This document shows positions 7,377-17,881 of a DNA stretch of 25,952 nt, one piece after another; position 1 is the stretch's first letter; the number at the start of each line of letters is the position of its first letter. The stretch covers positions 6,107-32,058 of the forward strand of contig JAUNHO010000001.1 of assembly GCA_030523905.1 (NCBI GenBank). The letters run 5' to 3'. The stretch comes from Bergeyella zoohelcum (GTDB taxonomy: Bacteria; Bacteroidota; Bacteroidia; Flavobacteriales; Weeksellaceae). Made by a program: the position numbers and the translations under genes. The notes beneath the pieces were generated by a model that saw nothing but the letters and a program-made list of their open reading frames with translations, ran no database searches and was not told where the DNA came from.

Positions 7377-8012
7377 ATGAAACAACTTATTTACATTGTC
7401 AGCGTATTATCGCTTTATAATTGCTCTACTCTTTCCTTTCACAATAAGGTAAAGAGTGGAGATATTTTATTCATAGAAGCCAAAAAGGAAAACCTTTCAG
7501 GAGCGATAAGCCGAGTTACCAAAAGCGAAGAAACATCAATTTCTTACGACCATATTGGGATTGTAGAAGTAGAAAATGGTAATAAATTCATCTTACACTC
7601 CACTACTGGGAAAGGCTCTGTAAAGGAAAATCTAAAACAATTCTTAAAACAAAATAAAAAAGACAAGCGAACACAAAGTCTTTACAGATTGAAAGATAAT
7701 TACCATTATTGCATTACAAAAGCAATAGAAAATGCTAACTCTATGCTAGGAAAACCTTATAATTTTTCTTATATTTTGAATGAAAATAGCTATTATTGCT
7801 CTGATTTTGTAGAAAGAAGTTTCAGAGATTGTTCTATTTTTGAACTTAAACCTATGACTTTCATCAATCCTGAAACCAATAAAATAGACGATTTTTGGCA
7901 AGAATTTTACAAAAAACAAAATCTAGAAGTCCCTGAAGGGCAACTTGGTTGTAATCCAAATGGGTTATCACAATCGGATAAAATAGAAAAAATTAGTATA
8001 TTAAAACCTTAA
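7377..8012 (+). CDS. YiiX/YebB-like permuted NlpC/P60 cysteine hydrolase, probable lipoprotein
   Basis: Lipobox-like LYN-C; GDILF, YDHIGIV (His), GKPYN and YYCSDFV (Cys after His, permuted order). Confidence 0.85.
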   Translation: MKQLIYIVSVLSLYNCSTLSFHNKVKSGDILFIEAKKENLSGAISRVTKSEETSISYDHIGIVEVENGNKFILHSTTGKGSVKENLKQFLKQNKKDKRTQSLYRLKDNYHYCITKAIENANSMLGKPYNFSYILNENSYYCSDFVERSFRDCSIFELKPMTFINPETNKIDDFWQEFYKKQNLEVPEGQLGCNPNGLSQSDKIEKISILKP

Positions 8013-8029
8013 AGATTTTATATTAATCA

Positions 8030-8851
8030 ATGAAAATAAAAGACCATTTTCTTTCACAAGAAATTTTTAATATAGAAGAAACCTCCATAAAAGGCGTACT
8101 AAAAACATCCCCTATTCCGCAAGATATAGGTAAATATTATGAAAGTAAAGACTATATATCGCACCACCAAGACAGCGGAAGTATAAAAGAGAAAATCTAT
8201 AAATTTTTGCAAGGTTTTAACCTAAAATACAAAAAAGAAAATTTAGAAAAAGCTATAAGCAATAAGCCAATAAGCGTACTTGACTACGGCTGTGGAGCTG
8301 GAGAATTTGTGAAATTCATCTCCGATGATTTCCTTACTTTTGGCTATGAACCCAACGAAAAGGCAAGGCATTTTGCCCAACAAAAAAGCCCAAAAACCAA
8401 ATTTATTTCCAGCCTTGATGAAATAGATAATAACAGCCTTGATGCCATCACGCTTTGGCACGCCTTTGAGCATATAGAAAACCAACAGGAGATTTTGGAA
8501 CTATTCAAAATGAAACTGAAAGACGATGGCAAACTCATTATTGCTGTGCCGAACTACAAATCTTATGATGCACAATATTATCAAGAATTTTGGGCGGCGT
8601 ATGATGTTCCTCGCCATATTTTTCATTTCTCTCAAGAGGGAATGTACGAACTGATGAAGCAAAACCATCTCCGAGTGGAACAAGTAGCCCCTCTCCTACT
8701 CGATTCGTTCTATATCTCTATTCTGAGTGAAAAATACAAGAAAAATCCGTTTTTTTGGTTGTTTGGTGGCATCCACGGAGCGATTTCTAATTTTAAGGCG
8801 GTAAAAACTGGTGAATTTTCTAGTTTGATATATATTGTCAGAAAAATTTAG
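8030..8851 (+). CDS. Class I SAM-dependent methyltransferase
   Basis: Motif I VLDYGCGAGEF; DAITLWHAFEH, LIIAVPN and AYDVPRHIFHF. Confidence 0.92.
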   Translation: MKIKDHFLSQEIFNIEETSIKGVLKTSPIPQDIGKYYESKDYISHHQDSGSIKEKIYKFLQGFNLKYKKENLEKAISNKPISVLDYGCGAGEFVKFISDDFLTFGYEPNEKARHFAQQKSPKTKFISSLDEIDNNSLDAITLWHAFEHIENQQEILELFKMKLKDDGKLIIAVPNYKSYDAQYYQEFWAAYDVPRHIFHFSQEGMYELMKQNHLRVEQVAPLLLDSFYISILSEKYKKNPFFWLFGGIHGAISNFKAVKTGEFSSLIYIVRKI

Positions 8852-8905
8852 AAAATGGATTTTTAGCATATTTCTGAAAGTCATTTTTTTAACATTTTTA
8901 CCTAA

Positions 8906-8946
8906 AAAAATCTGTTTATTAAATATTGAGACAGATTTTTATTTTC
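8906..8946 (+). terminator. Terminator after the methyltransferase
   Basis: AAAAATCTGT (8906-8915) / ACAGATTTTT (8931-8940) followed by a T-rich run. Confidence 0.6.
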
Positions 8947-8961
8947 TAATTCAAAATTTTA

Positions 8962-8969
8962 TATCTTTG
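8962..8969 (+). promoter_or_regulatory. -7 promoter element of S8 peptidase 1
   Basis: TATCTTTG, 29 nt before the ATG. Confidence 0.65.
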
Positions 8970-8998
8970 TAGAGTTATTTATTAAATATATTAATATA

Positions 8999-11155
8999 AT
9001 GAAAAAAACATTATTACTTGCGATAATCGGTCTAGGTGGATTGGCTACCGCACAAGAAAATGCTAAATTGCAACAGCAATTAGAACAAGAAAAACAGCAA
9101 CTGGACAGCCAGTATGACCTCTATGTAAAAAGTTTTATGCAGAACCAAAGTTTTTCGGAAGGCAATACAAAAAAGATTTCCGAACTAGAAAAAACTTTGG
9201 AGGATAAAAGAAAAAGACTGGTTGGTTTTTTCCAAGGGAAGCCTTTTTTTCTAAAAAAACAAGATATTGACCAAATCAAAAATGCCAATGTAGATGCTCT
9301 GCAAGAGGGTACTGTAAGCGGATTGAACGGCTCCTATAATGGGGAAGGCATCAAAGTAAGTGTATTTGATGGCGGGCCAGCGTATGAGAAACATAGAGAT
9401 TTCAGAGTAAGTACAACCGATGCTACATCTAGGATAACCAACAAGGAAACCATTAATAATAATTATGATTCTCACGCTACAGGAGTTACTGGTATGATAG
9501 GGGCATTGGGAACTAATGTAAGTGGAAATTTAGGCGATGGAACTAGAGTAAGTTCTAATACCAAGGGAATGATGCCAAAAGCTACTTTTGATAATTATTC
9601 ATTCTTTACCTCTACTCTCAGTGGTGAAACTTCTAATAAAACCATTTTCCAAAAAATAGAACAAGCAAACCCTTATCTATCCAACCACTCCTATGGTGTA
9701 AATGCTGGCTGGGAATACGAATATGCAAGTGCTGATAATGCAGGAGAAGGCTGGTACTGGAATAGTGGCTACAATGCTACCAATAAAACTTACTATTCAT
9801 TTGAAGGTGCTTACTTTACCTCTGATAGAAATTATGACAATTTGGTCTATGCTTCACCTTCTATGATTATTGTAAAATCTGCTGGTAACTCCTACGGAGA
9901 TGGCCCTGCTGGTACTACGGATAAGAAGTTTTACAGCTCTAGTGCCGCAGGTAATGTGAATGGCTATATGGAATTTACAGATACCGATACTGTACCACCG
10001 AATAATTGTAGTAATGGTAGTAGATGTATCAGTAATGGTGGTTTGGCGAAAAACATCATTATAGTAGGTGCAACAAGAAAAATCACAACCAACGATTCTA
10101 GATATACCACCTCTACCGATGTAGTAAAAGCCAGCTATAGTAGTGCAGGGCCAAGACAAGATGGTGCCATAAAACCAGATATAGCAGGGGTAGGAAGCCT
10201 TATTTTCCACCCAGATACAGAGGCTACTGGTAGCGAAACCTTCGGTGCTGGTAGTGGTACCTCCTACTCTGCTCCACAAGTTACAGGGATTATAGGGCTT
10301 TGGTATCAGGTTTATAAAACATTGTTCAATGGTGCTACGCTAGATGCGGCTTCGGCTAAAAACTTACTCACTCACTCTGCACAAGAGGCTGGTAGAAAAG
10401 GTCCAGATGTAGATTTTGGTTGGGGTTTTGCTGATTCCAAAAAAGGTGCTGAAATACTAGTAGATAAAGCCAATGGTAATGCTATTTTTGAGGATAAAAC
10501 CCTTACCAATGCTCAATCTCAAAGCATAGAAGTAGAATCTGATGGCTCAAAACCATTAAAGGTAAGTATCTCCTGGATAGACCCTTCTTATAAAACAATG
10601 CCACAGCGTATAACAGACCTTACTGATACTTCTTATCGCCTAATAAATGACCTTGATTTAAGGGTTATTAATACCACTACCAACGAGGTATTTTACCCTT
10701 GGAAATTAGATATAGCCAACCCTACGGCACCTGCCATCACAGGCGATAACCTAGTGGATAATATAGAACAAGTACTAATAGAAACACCTACGGCTGGAAC
10801 TTATAGAATAGAAATATCCAACAAAAAGCAACTAGTAAATAACTCTGGTGCTAATATCAATGAGCAGAAATACTCTCTATTGGTAACGGGTTATACCAAA
10901 AAATTATCTACAACAGAAGCGAAGGTAAATGATAATGAGGTAAACCTCTACCCTACCGTAACCAAGCAAGACCTGAATATAAAATCATCTGCGAATGTAG
11001 CGGAAGTCATCATCTACGATACAACGGGTAAAGTAGTAAAACATCTAAAAGGAAATGTTTCTTATGTAGATGTATCAAGCTTCAATTCAGGGGTTTATGT
11101 AGTGAATATCATAACTAATAACGGTAAAGTTAGTAAAAAATTCATCAAACAATAA
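8999..11155 (+). CDS. T9SS-secreted S8 (subtilisin-like) serine peptidase
   Basis: Triad motifs VFDGG, HATGV and GTSYSAP; oxyanion KSAGN; DGAIKPDI; C-terminal LYPT...YDTTGK...GVYVVNI...KKFIKQ (T9SS type A sorting domain). Confidence 0.93.
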   Translation: MKKTLLLAIIGLGGLATAQENAKLQQQLEQEKQQLDSQYDLYVKSFMQNQSFSEGNTKKISELEKTLEDKRKRLVGFFQGKPFFLKKQDIDQIKNANVDALQEGTVSGLNGSYNGEGIKVSVFDGGPAYEKHRDFRVSTTDATSRITNKETINNNYDSHATGVTGMIGALGTNVSGNLGDGTRVSSNTKGMMPKATFDNYSFFTSTLSGETSNKTIFQKIEQANPYLSNHSYGVNAGWEYEYASADNAGEGWYWNSGYNATNKTYYSFEGAYFTSDRNYDNLVYASPSMIIVKSAGNSYGDGPAGTTDKKFYSSSAAGNVNGYMEFTDTDTVPPNNCSNGSRCISNGGLAKNIIIVGATRKITTNDSRYTTSTDVVKASYSSAGPRQDGAIKPDIAGVGSLIFHPDTEATGSETFGAGSGTSYSAPQVTGIIGLWYQVYKTLFNGATLDAASAKNLLTHSAQEAGRKGPDVDFGWGFADSKKGAEILVDKANGNAIFEDKTLTNAQSQSIEVESDGSKPLKVSISWIDPSYKTMPQRITDLTDTSYRLINDLDLRVINTTTNEVFYPWKLDIANPTAPAITGDNLVDNIEQVLIETPTAGTYRIEISNKKQLVNNSGANINEQKYSLLVTGYTKKLSTTEAKVNDNEVNLYPTVTKQDLNIKSSANVAEVIIYDTTGKVVKHLKGNVSYVDVSSFNSGVYVVNIITNNGKVSKKFIKQ

Positions 11156-11176
11156 AACAGAATTTTTTCATAATAG

Positions 11177-11213
11177 AAAATCCCTTGCTGAATGATACGA
11201 GCAAGGGATTTTT
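11177..11213. terminator. Bidirectional terminator between S8 peptidase 1 and pgk
   Basis: AAAATCCCTTGCT / AGCAAGGGATTTT perfect 13-bp arms between convergent genes. Confidence 0.85.
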
Positions 11214-11234
11214 AGTTTTAATATTAAATATTTT

Positions 11235-12425
11235 CTACTTATTTACAGCCGCTACACCTGGTAACTCTAGCCCTTCAAGGCTTTCTAGCATTGCCCCACC
11301 GCCAGTAGATACATAGGAAACTTTATCTGCATAGCCAAATTGCTTCACAAAAGCCACGCTATCTCCACCACCTACAAGAGAGAAAGCACCTAGTTTAGTA
11401 GCTTCTTCTATACTATCACCTAATTTTTTAGTTCCATCGGCAAAATTAGGCATTTCAAAGACTCCAAGAGGTCCGTTCCAGAGAATAGTTCTAGAATTCA
11501 TTATCACATCATTATTCAGATTTATAGTCTTTTCACCTACATCAAGCCCCATAAATCCATCAGGGATTTCATCGGCTGCTACTTCTTTTATTTCCGCATC
11601 ATTATTAAACTCATTAGCTGCTATTACATCTACTGGTATATAGACTTTTACATTCTGCTCATTGGCTTTTTTAAGGATTTCTAATGCCAAATCCAATTTA
11701 TCTTCCTCTACCAAAGAATTTCCAATTTTACCGCCCTGTGCCTTGATGAAAGTAAATGCCATACCTCCACCTATAATTAGGTTATCTACCTTTGGTAAAA
11801 TATTTTCAATAATGGTAATTTTAGAAGAAACTTTTGAACCTCCAAGTACTGCCGTTACTGGTTTTTCACCAGAATGAAGTACTTTATCTATGGCTTCTAG
11901 TTCTTTTGCCATTAGCAAACCGAAAAATTTAGTTGAAGGGAAAAATTCTGCAATCACAGCCGTAGAAGCGTGGGCTCTGTGAGCCGTACCGAAAGCATCA
12001 TTCACATAAGCATCGCCTAGTTTGGATAGTTTTTCTGCAAAATCTTTATCACCTTTCTCCTCTTCGTTATAAAATCTAAGGTTTTCTAGCAATAAAATCT
12101 CTCCATTTTGAAGTTCTGAAGCCAACTGATAGGCCTCCTCCCCTATGCAATCCGAAGCGAATTTTACAGGCTTTCCTAAAACTTTTTCTATTTCAGAAAC
12201 TATGTTCTTCAATGAAAATTCCTCGCTCACCTTCCCCTTTGGTCTTCCAAGGTGTGTCATCAAAATAACTGCCCCGCCATCGCCCAATATTTTATCAATT
12301 GTAGGCTTTGCCGCTACGATTCTGGTATTATCCGTTACTTCTAAATTTGCATTTTGAGGCACATTAAAATCCACTCTTACCAATGCTTTTTTACCTTGAA
12401 AATTGAAATCATTAATGGTTTTCAT
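11235..12425 (-). CDS. pgk: Phosphoglycerate kinase
   Basis: [48 protein letters not shown] and STGGGA. Confidence 0.98.
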   Translation of the reverse strand: MKTINDFNFQGKKALVRVDFNVPQNANLEVTDNTRIVAAKPTIDKILGDGGAVILMTHLGRPKGKVSEEFSLKNIVSEIEKVLGKPVKFASDCIGEEAYQLASELQNGEILLLENLRFYNEEEKGDKDFAEKLSKLGDAYVNDAFGTAHRAHASTAVIAEFFPSTKFFGLLMAKELEAIDKVLHSGEKPVTAVLGGSKVSSKITIIENILPKVDNLIIGGGMAFTFIKAQGGKIGNSLVEEDKLDLALEILKKANEQNVKVYIPVDVIAANEFNNDAEIKEVAADEIPDGFMGLDVGEKTINLNNDVIMNSRTILWNGPLGVFEMPNFADGTKKLGDSIEEATKLGAFSLVGGGDSVAFVKQFGYADKVSYVSTGGGAMLESLEGLELPGVAAVNK

Positions 12426-12454
12426 AAGATTTATTTTGAAAAATTATTATACCA

Positions 12455-12462
12455 CAAATTTA
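12455..12462 (-). promoter_or_regulatory. -7 promoter element of pgk
   Basis: Minus strand TAAATTTG. Confidence 0.6.
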
Positions 12463-13074
12463 GGCTTTTTAGTGGCAGGAAAAAAATTTGTTTGAAAAAT
12501 TTTTCAAAAACTTCGGCTAACAATATTAACTAACAATTTTATTTTTTTATATAAAAGAAAAGAATGTTTATGTTATTATAAATGTGAATTTAGCGGATAA
12601 CTTTTTGCTTTATTTTTAGCCACAATAGATATGGATTAATCGTTTCTTTTATACATATATTTTTATATTGATTATCAGTGTATTAACTATATTTTCCACA
12701 AATGTGGATAACTAAAAAAATCCATATTTATGGAAAAACAAATTATGGAAAACTTACCAAAATAGTCCTGATATTTTTCTGTAAAAAAGTTTTGCATCAT
12801 TCAGAAAAAATCTGCAATAGGAAATATAAATGATAAATCCTAATCTGAATTTTTAATATTTATCCACACTAGATTTTAAGGTTATCAATAGTTTTTTTAG
12901 GGAAAATGTTAATTGTTTTTTAATCAAATATTTAGCATTTTTTGTTTAATTCTAATCTTTTGAAAATCAGTAAAATTGATAATTAAGATTTAATCTAACA
13001 GAAAAAAATAATGTGGATAAAAAATCCAATTACAAAAAAATGTAAAAAATTAGCGAAAATTCATTTATAAATCT

Positions 13075-13082
13075 TATATTTG
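13075..13082 (+). promoter_or_regulatory. -7 promoter element of rpiB
   Basis: TATATTTG, 27 nt before the ATG. Confidence 0.6.
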
Positions 13083-13109
13083 TGATTAATCTATTAAAAT
13101 TACGGAACA

Positions 13110-13544
13110 ATGAAAAAACTAGCTATTGCGGCAGACCACGCAGGATTTGAGTACAAAGAATACCTAAAAGAACAGTTGAAAGACCGCTACGAAATTACCG
13201 ATTATGGTACGCATTCGCTTGATTCTGTGGATTATCCAGATTTTGTGCATCCTGCGGCTTCATCGGTGGAAAACGGAGAAAACGAATTTGGAATTTTAGT
13301 TTGCGGAAGCGGACAAGGCGTACAACTGACGGCCAACAAGCACCAAGGCGTAAGATGTGCATTGTGCTGGATGCCACAGCTGGGAGAACTCGCAAGGCAA
13401 CACAATAACTGCAATATGGTAGCACTACCAGCGAGATTCATAGCGAAGGAATTGGCACTAGAAATCGTAGAAAAATTCCTCACCACAGACTTTGAAGGTG
13501 GCAGACACGAGGGCAGAGTCAATAAAATAAGCTGTGGTTGTTAG
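13110..13544 (+). CDS. rpiB: Ribose-5-phosphate isomerase B
   Basis: AADHAG, DYPD, CGSGQG, HNNCN and FEGGRH. Confidence 0.96.
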   Translation: MKKLAIAADHAGFEYKEYLKEQLKDRYEITDYGTHSLDSVDYPDFVHPAASSVENGENEFGILVCGSGQGVQLTANKHQGVRCALCWMPQLGELARQHNNCNMVALPARFIAKELALEIVEKFLTTDFEGGRHEGRVNKISCGC

Positions 13545-13604
13545 TTCGCTTTTTTGAATAAAAACAATCAATTTTTGATAAAATAATAACTAAAAATAAA
13601 AGAA

Positions 13605-14327
13605 ATGAAAAATTTTATAACAATTATCAGCCTTTTGATTTTTGGGTTACTGAGTTCGCAGGTAAAAACGAAAACCGTAGTAGGAAATGGCATACAGAAA
13701 GAAGAAATAAAAAATATTTCAGATTACAATTCTGTGGAGGTTACAGGTCCTTTTAATATTATCCTAACCGATAAAAACCAAGGGGAAATACGCATCATAG
13801 CAGATGAAAATATTTTGCCTCTTATCTCCATTTATAAAAAAGATGTTAAAGAATTAGTAATTGGTAGTCTGAAAAATTCATCTTTTAATACTAAAAATCA
13901 TATAAAAATCTATATTCCTGCTCAAAATATTACATCATTGAAATCTATTGGTTCTGGTAATGTTAGTAATGTGGGAGTACTAAAAGCAGAACATTTCGTC
14001 TGTGAATTGAGTGGCTCTGGCAACATAAAACTCAATATTGATGTGGAAAAATTCAATGCAGATTTAGTAGGTTCTGGGAATATGCTAATCGTAGGAGAAG
14101 CCACCAATGTAAAATACGAATATTTGGGTTCAGGTAATGTTAATGCGGAGAAATTAATCACTAAAAATACTGAGGTTGATTATGCAGGTTCTGGTAATAT
14201 GAAACTCTATGTAACTGATACATTTTCAGGAGAAATGCTAGGCTCTGGAAATCTAATAATAAAAGGAAATCCAAAGCATAAAAATTATAAAGACAAAGGT
14301 AGCGGAAATATCTATTTCAAGGAATAA
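13605..14327 (+). CDS. Head GIN / DUF2807 domain secreted protein
   Basis: Signal peptide LSS-QV; ADENILPLI; seven GSGN repeats at about 19-aa spacing (beta-helix). Confidence 0.88.
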   Translation: MKNFITIISLLIFGLLSSQVKTKTVVGNGIQKEEIKNISDYNSVEVTGPFNIILTDKNQGEIRIIADENILPLISIYKKDVKELVIGSLKNSSFNTKNHIKIYIPAQNITSLKSIGSGNVSNVGVLKAEHFVCELSGSGNIKLNIDVEKFNADLVGSGNMLIVGEATNVKYEYLGSGNVNAEKLITKNTEVDYAGSGNMKLYVTDTFSGEMLGSGNLIIKGNPKHKNYKDKGSGNIYFKE

Positions 14328-14421
14328 AATCCGTAAGTAAAATATTGGTTAATAATGAGTTATTAGCCAAATTTTATTGAATAAACCTTACCAAATTACA
14401 AACCAACAAAATATTAAAATA

Positions 14422-16575
14422 ATGGCAAAAAAGAAAAAACACATATCGCAAAAAAATGATAATAAACTCCGAGAAATAGGGCGTTTAGTTCTTCGTTTTA
14501 TGAATGAAAAACCTTCTAAAATCTATAATTATAAACAGATTTCAGATGGGATAGAATATAAAAATCCTCGCCAGAGAGAGCTGGTCATACAGGCACTTCA
14601 TAGGCTACTGGCAGAGCAAAAAATAAAACAAGTAGAGCAGGGGAAATACATCGTAAATCTCCAAATAGAAGGCACTATTACTGGGGTGATAGACTTCAAC
14701 CAATCGGGGAATGCCTATGTTTCCGTAGAAGGTATGGAAAACGATGTTTTCATTCATTCCAAAAATGTGAAAGATGCTTTGCAAGGCGATAAAGTTCTTA
14801 TCGTAACCTATCATTACAAGGGCAAAAAAATAGAAGGCTCTGTATTAGAGGTTATTGAAAGAAGCAAAACGCATTTCGTAGGGACTTTGGACTATGTAGA
14901 GCATAAGGATTTTGGGTTTGTTATTTGTGATAAAAAAGCCATTAATACTGATATTTTTGTAAAAAAAGCCAATCTGAACGGAGCAAAACCAAAGGATAAA
15001 GTAGTGGTGAAAATGCTCGGATGGGCAAAAGGCGACAAAAACCCAGAGGGAGAAATAGTGCAAGTTCTAGGGAAGCCAGGCGAACACGAGACCGAAATTC
15101 ATTCCATTTTGGCAGAATATGGTCTGCCGTACAATTTCCCAGAGGAAGTAGAGAAGGAGGCGAATCAAACCAGCCGAGAAATAGACGAAAAAGAAGTGAA
15201 AAAACGCCGAGATATGCGGAAAACTCTCACTTTTACCATAGACCCAAAAGATGCGAAGGACTTTGATGATGCACTTTCCCTGAAGAAACTGGACAACGGA
15301 AACTGGGAAATAGGGGTGCATATCGCTGATGTTTCGCATTATGTAGTGCCAGATACCTTGCTAGACGAGGAGGCTTACAAAAGAGCTACTTCGGTCTATC
15401 TTGTTGATAGAGTGGTGCCTATGCTTCCAGAAATCCTCAGTAACGACCTCTGCTCCCTAAAACCGAATGTGGATAGATACGCCTTTTCTGCGGTTTTTGA
15501 GATGAATGATAAAGCGGAAATCATTGCCCAATGGTTCGGAAGAACTGCCATACATTCTGACCGAAGATTTACCTACGAAGAGGCTCAGGAGCGTATAGAA
15601 ACAGGCAATGGAGATTTGGCAGAAGAGATTTTGGTGCTAGATAAATTGGCTAAAATTTTAAGGGAAAAACGAATAAAAAACGGAGCCATCACCTTTGATA
15701 GAAGTGAAGTCCGTTTCAACCTTGATGAAAACAATGAGCCAATAGGTGTTTATTTCAAAATGAGTAAAGATTCTAATCATTTAATAGAAGAGTTTATGCT
15801 CTTGGCAAACCGAAAAGTTTCGGAACATATCTCCCTGAATATCAAAGGGGAAGCTACTAATAATACCTTTATTTATAGGGTTCACGATGACCCAGACCCT
15901 ACGAAATTAGAATCATTAAAGGAGTTTGTTTCTACTTTTGGTTATAAAATGAACATCAGTAGTAGCAAACGCGTTGCCCAAAGTATGAACAGCCTTCTGA
16001 AAGGCGTAAAAGGCAAACCAGAGGAAAATATGATAGAAACCCTAGCGATGAGGTCTATGAGCAAGGCGGTTTATTCCACCGAACCTATCGGGCATTATGG
16101 CTTAGGATTTGCCTATTATAGCCACTTTACATCGCCTATTCGCCGTTATCCAGACCTTATTGCTCATCGTTTGTTGCAGCATTATTTAGACGGAGGGAAA
16201 TCGCCCAATAAACAAGATTACGAAGAACAAGCCAAACATTGTTCGGCAATGGAAAAACTAGCCTCCGATGCGGAAAGAGATAGCATAAAATTTATGCAAG
16301 TGAAGTTTATGGATAAGCATTTGGGAGAAGTCTTTCAGGGCGTTATTTCTGGTGTAGCAGAGTTTGGTTTTTGGGTAGAAATCCCTGAAAACGGAGCAGA
16401 AGGACTCATAAAACTCCGCGACCTTACCGATGATAGCTATCAATACGATGCTAAAAACCACGCCGTATATGGCACTCGTACGGGCAACCAATATCAGCTA
16501 GGCGATTCCGTAAAAATAAAAGTAATGAAAGCCGACCTTATCCGAAAGCAATTGGATTTTAAGATTGTGGATTAA
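14422..16575 (+). CDS. rnr: Ribonuclease R
   Basis: Likely start MAKKKK at 14422 (the track extends to TTG 14377). Cold-shock domains, RNB motifs TIDPKDAKDFDDALS, HIADVSHY, IEEFML and HFTSPIRRYPD, and a C-terminal S1 domain. Confidence 0.95.
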   Translation: MAKKKKHISQKNDNKLREIGRLVLRFMNEKPSKIYNYKQISDGIEYKNPRQRELVIQALHRLLAEQKIKQVEQGKYIVNLQIEGTITGVIDFNQSGNAYVSVEGMENDVFIHSKNVKDALQGDKVLIVTYHYKGKKIEGSVLEVIERSKTHFVGTLDYVEHKDFGFVICDKKAINTDIFVKKANLNGAKPKDKVVVKMLGWAKGDKNPEGEIVQVLGKPGEHETEIHSILAEYGLPYNFPEEVEKEANQTSREIDEKEVKKRRDMRKTLTFTIDPKDAKDFDDALSLKKLDNGNWEIGVHIADVSHYVVPDTLLDEEAYKRATSVYLVDRVVPMLPEILSNDLCSLKPNVDRYAFSAVFEMNDKAEIIAQWFGRTAIHSDRRFTYEEAQERIETGNGDLAEEILVLDKLAKILREKRIKNGAITFDRSEVRFNLDENNEPIGVYFKMSKDSNHLIEEFMLLANRKVSEHISLNIKGEATNNTFIYRVHDDPDPTKLESLKEFVSTFGYKMNISSSKRVAQSMNSLLKGVKGKPEENMIETLAMRSMSKAVYSTEPIGHYGLGFAYYSHFTSPIRRYPDLIAHRLLQHYLDGGKSPNKQDYEEQAKHCSAMEKLASDAERDSIKFMQVKFMDKHLGEVFQGVISGVAEFGFWVEIPENGAEGLIKLRDLTDDSYQYDAKNHAVYGTRTGNQYQLGDSVKIKVMKADLIRKQLDFKIVD

Positions 16576-16600
16576 TTTTTAATTAAAAATATATAAAACT

Positions 16601-17719
16601 ATGATTTTGAGAAAGTTAATTATCGTTTGTTCGCTTTTTTCCGTTGGGATTTCTTTGGCTCAAAGAAGTGAAATTCTCAGTAAAATTGATTCCATTTCTC
16701 AAAGCAAATGGCAGAAAATCTACATCAATAAAGATAGCATAGCCAACCCAGTTTGGGAAAAAGTAGCACTGAAACCCAAAGACACATTGGCGAAAGTAGA
16801 TGAGATGAGAGATTTCCTACCGAAACAAGAGGAAATCCCTGTAACGCCATTTGCCCTAATGCGAACTCATACCGAGAAACGCTGGTTTTTCTTGGGGCAA
16901 AATCATTTACATTTCAATCAAGCCACTTTCTCCAACTGGAACGCAGGTGGAAACAATAACCTTGGCGTTTTGGCAAAAGTTAATTATAACATCAGCTATA
17001 AAAGGGATAGGCATTATCTAGAAAATATCATTCAACTGGGCTATGGTTTAGTAATGGCAGAAGGGCAAGGCACTCGCAAGACGGAGGATTATCTCAATAT
17101 AGCGACCAATTACGGCTATGATTTGGGTAAGAATTATTACCTCTCCGCAGGGTATCAGTTGGTGAGCCAATTTACGGCAGGGTACAACTATGCTTCCACG
17201 CCAGAGCCTACCTATTCCGATAGGATTTCAAAGTTTATGGCACCTGCTTACCTCAATGTAGGTCTCGGGATTTCCTACAATCCTATGGAAAATTTCCATG
17301 TGATTTTCCGTCCTGCCAATGGGAAATTTACCTTCGTTTTAGACAAAAAACTCCAACAAAAAGGGCGATATGGTCTGGAACGAGATGGGCAAACGATGAG
17401 AATGGAGCTAGGGGCGATGCTTAATATTCTCTATCGTTGGAAGATTTATAAGGATATTAATTTTGTCAATCAGCTCAATTTTTTTACCAATTATCTTCAT
17501 CATACCGAGCGAGTAGATGTGAATTATTCGGGCGTTTTGAATATGAGATTTAATAAATTCATCACTGCGATGATAGGCATAGACCTTCTCTACGACCACG
17601 ACCAAATGCTCCGAACACAGCTAAAACAAACCCTCGGCATAGGCTTTACTTATAATATAGGGACGGATAATCTCCCAAAAAACACGAATACTAAAAGCAT
17701 AAAACCTTTCGTGAAATAA
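16601..17719 (+). CDS. DUF3078 family outer-membrane beta-barrel protein
   Basis: Signal peptide SLA-QR; FNQATFSNWNAGG, QLGYG, SKFMAPAY and QLKQTLGIGFTY; alternating beta-strand pattern. Confidence 0.8.
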   Translation: MILRKLIIVCSLFSVGISLAQRSEILSKIDSISQSKWQKIYINKDSIANPVWEKVALKPKDTLAKVDEMRDFLPKQEEIPVTPFALMRTHTEKRWFFLGQNHLHFNQATFSNWNAGGNNNLGVLAKVNYNISYKRDRHYLENIIQLGYGLVMAEGQGTRKTEDYLNIATNYGYDLGKNYYLSAGYQLVSQFTAGYNYASTPEPTYSDRISKFMAPAYLNVGLGISYNPMENFHVIFRPANGKFTFVLDKKLQQKGRYGLERDGQTMRMELGAMLNILYRWKIYKDINFVNQLNFFTNYLHHTERVDVNYSGVLNMRFNKFITAMIGIDLLYDHDQMLRTQLKQTLGIGFTYNIGTDNLPKNTNTKSIKPFVK

Positions 17720-17843
17720 TAGTTATATTATTAATGGATGTATGATAAAAGTATTGTTTATCTACAAGAAAAAAGAATATTTTTCATTTTATACTTTGTG
17801 TCTAAAATTTTAGAATAGAGTATTTTGTTACTGATGAAAATCA

Positions 17844-17880
17844 AAAAAGACTGATTATCACTAAGATAATCAGTCTTTTT
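17844..17880. terminator. Terminator of the tRNA operon (possibly bidirectional)
   Basis: Perfect 16-bp arms AAAAAGACTGATTATC (17844-17859) / GATAATCAGTCTTTTT (17865-17880). Confidence 0.9.
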
Positions 17881-17881
17881 G

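Larger units (their letters stand above)
12426..13109. other. Probable chromosomal replication origin (oriC)
   Basis: 684-bp very AT-rich non-coding gap. Perfect DnaA boxes TGTGGATAA 12703-12711, TTATCCACA 12860-12868 and TGTGGATAA 13012-13020; relaxed-consensus TTTTCCACA 12692-12700; near-matches TTAGCCACA 12616-12624, TATGGAAAA 12729 and 12744, AGCGGATAA 12592. parS sites and mnmG lie within about 7 kb. Confidence 0.8.

Noticed and set aside
12447-12456. TTATACCACA as a DnaA box
   Set aside because: It needs an insertion to match and overlaps the pgk -7 element.
14377-14421. TTG-initiated extension of rnr
   Set aside because: ATG at 14422 follows an A-rich initiation region and gives a typical basic N-terminus.
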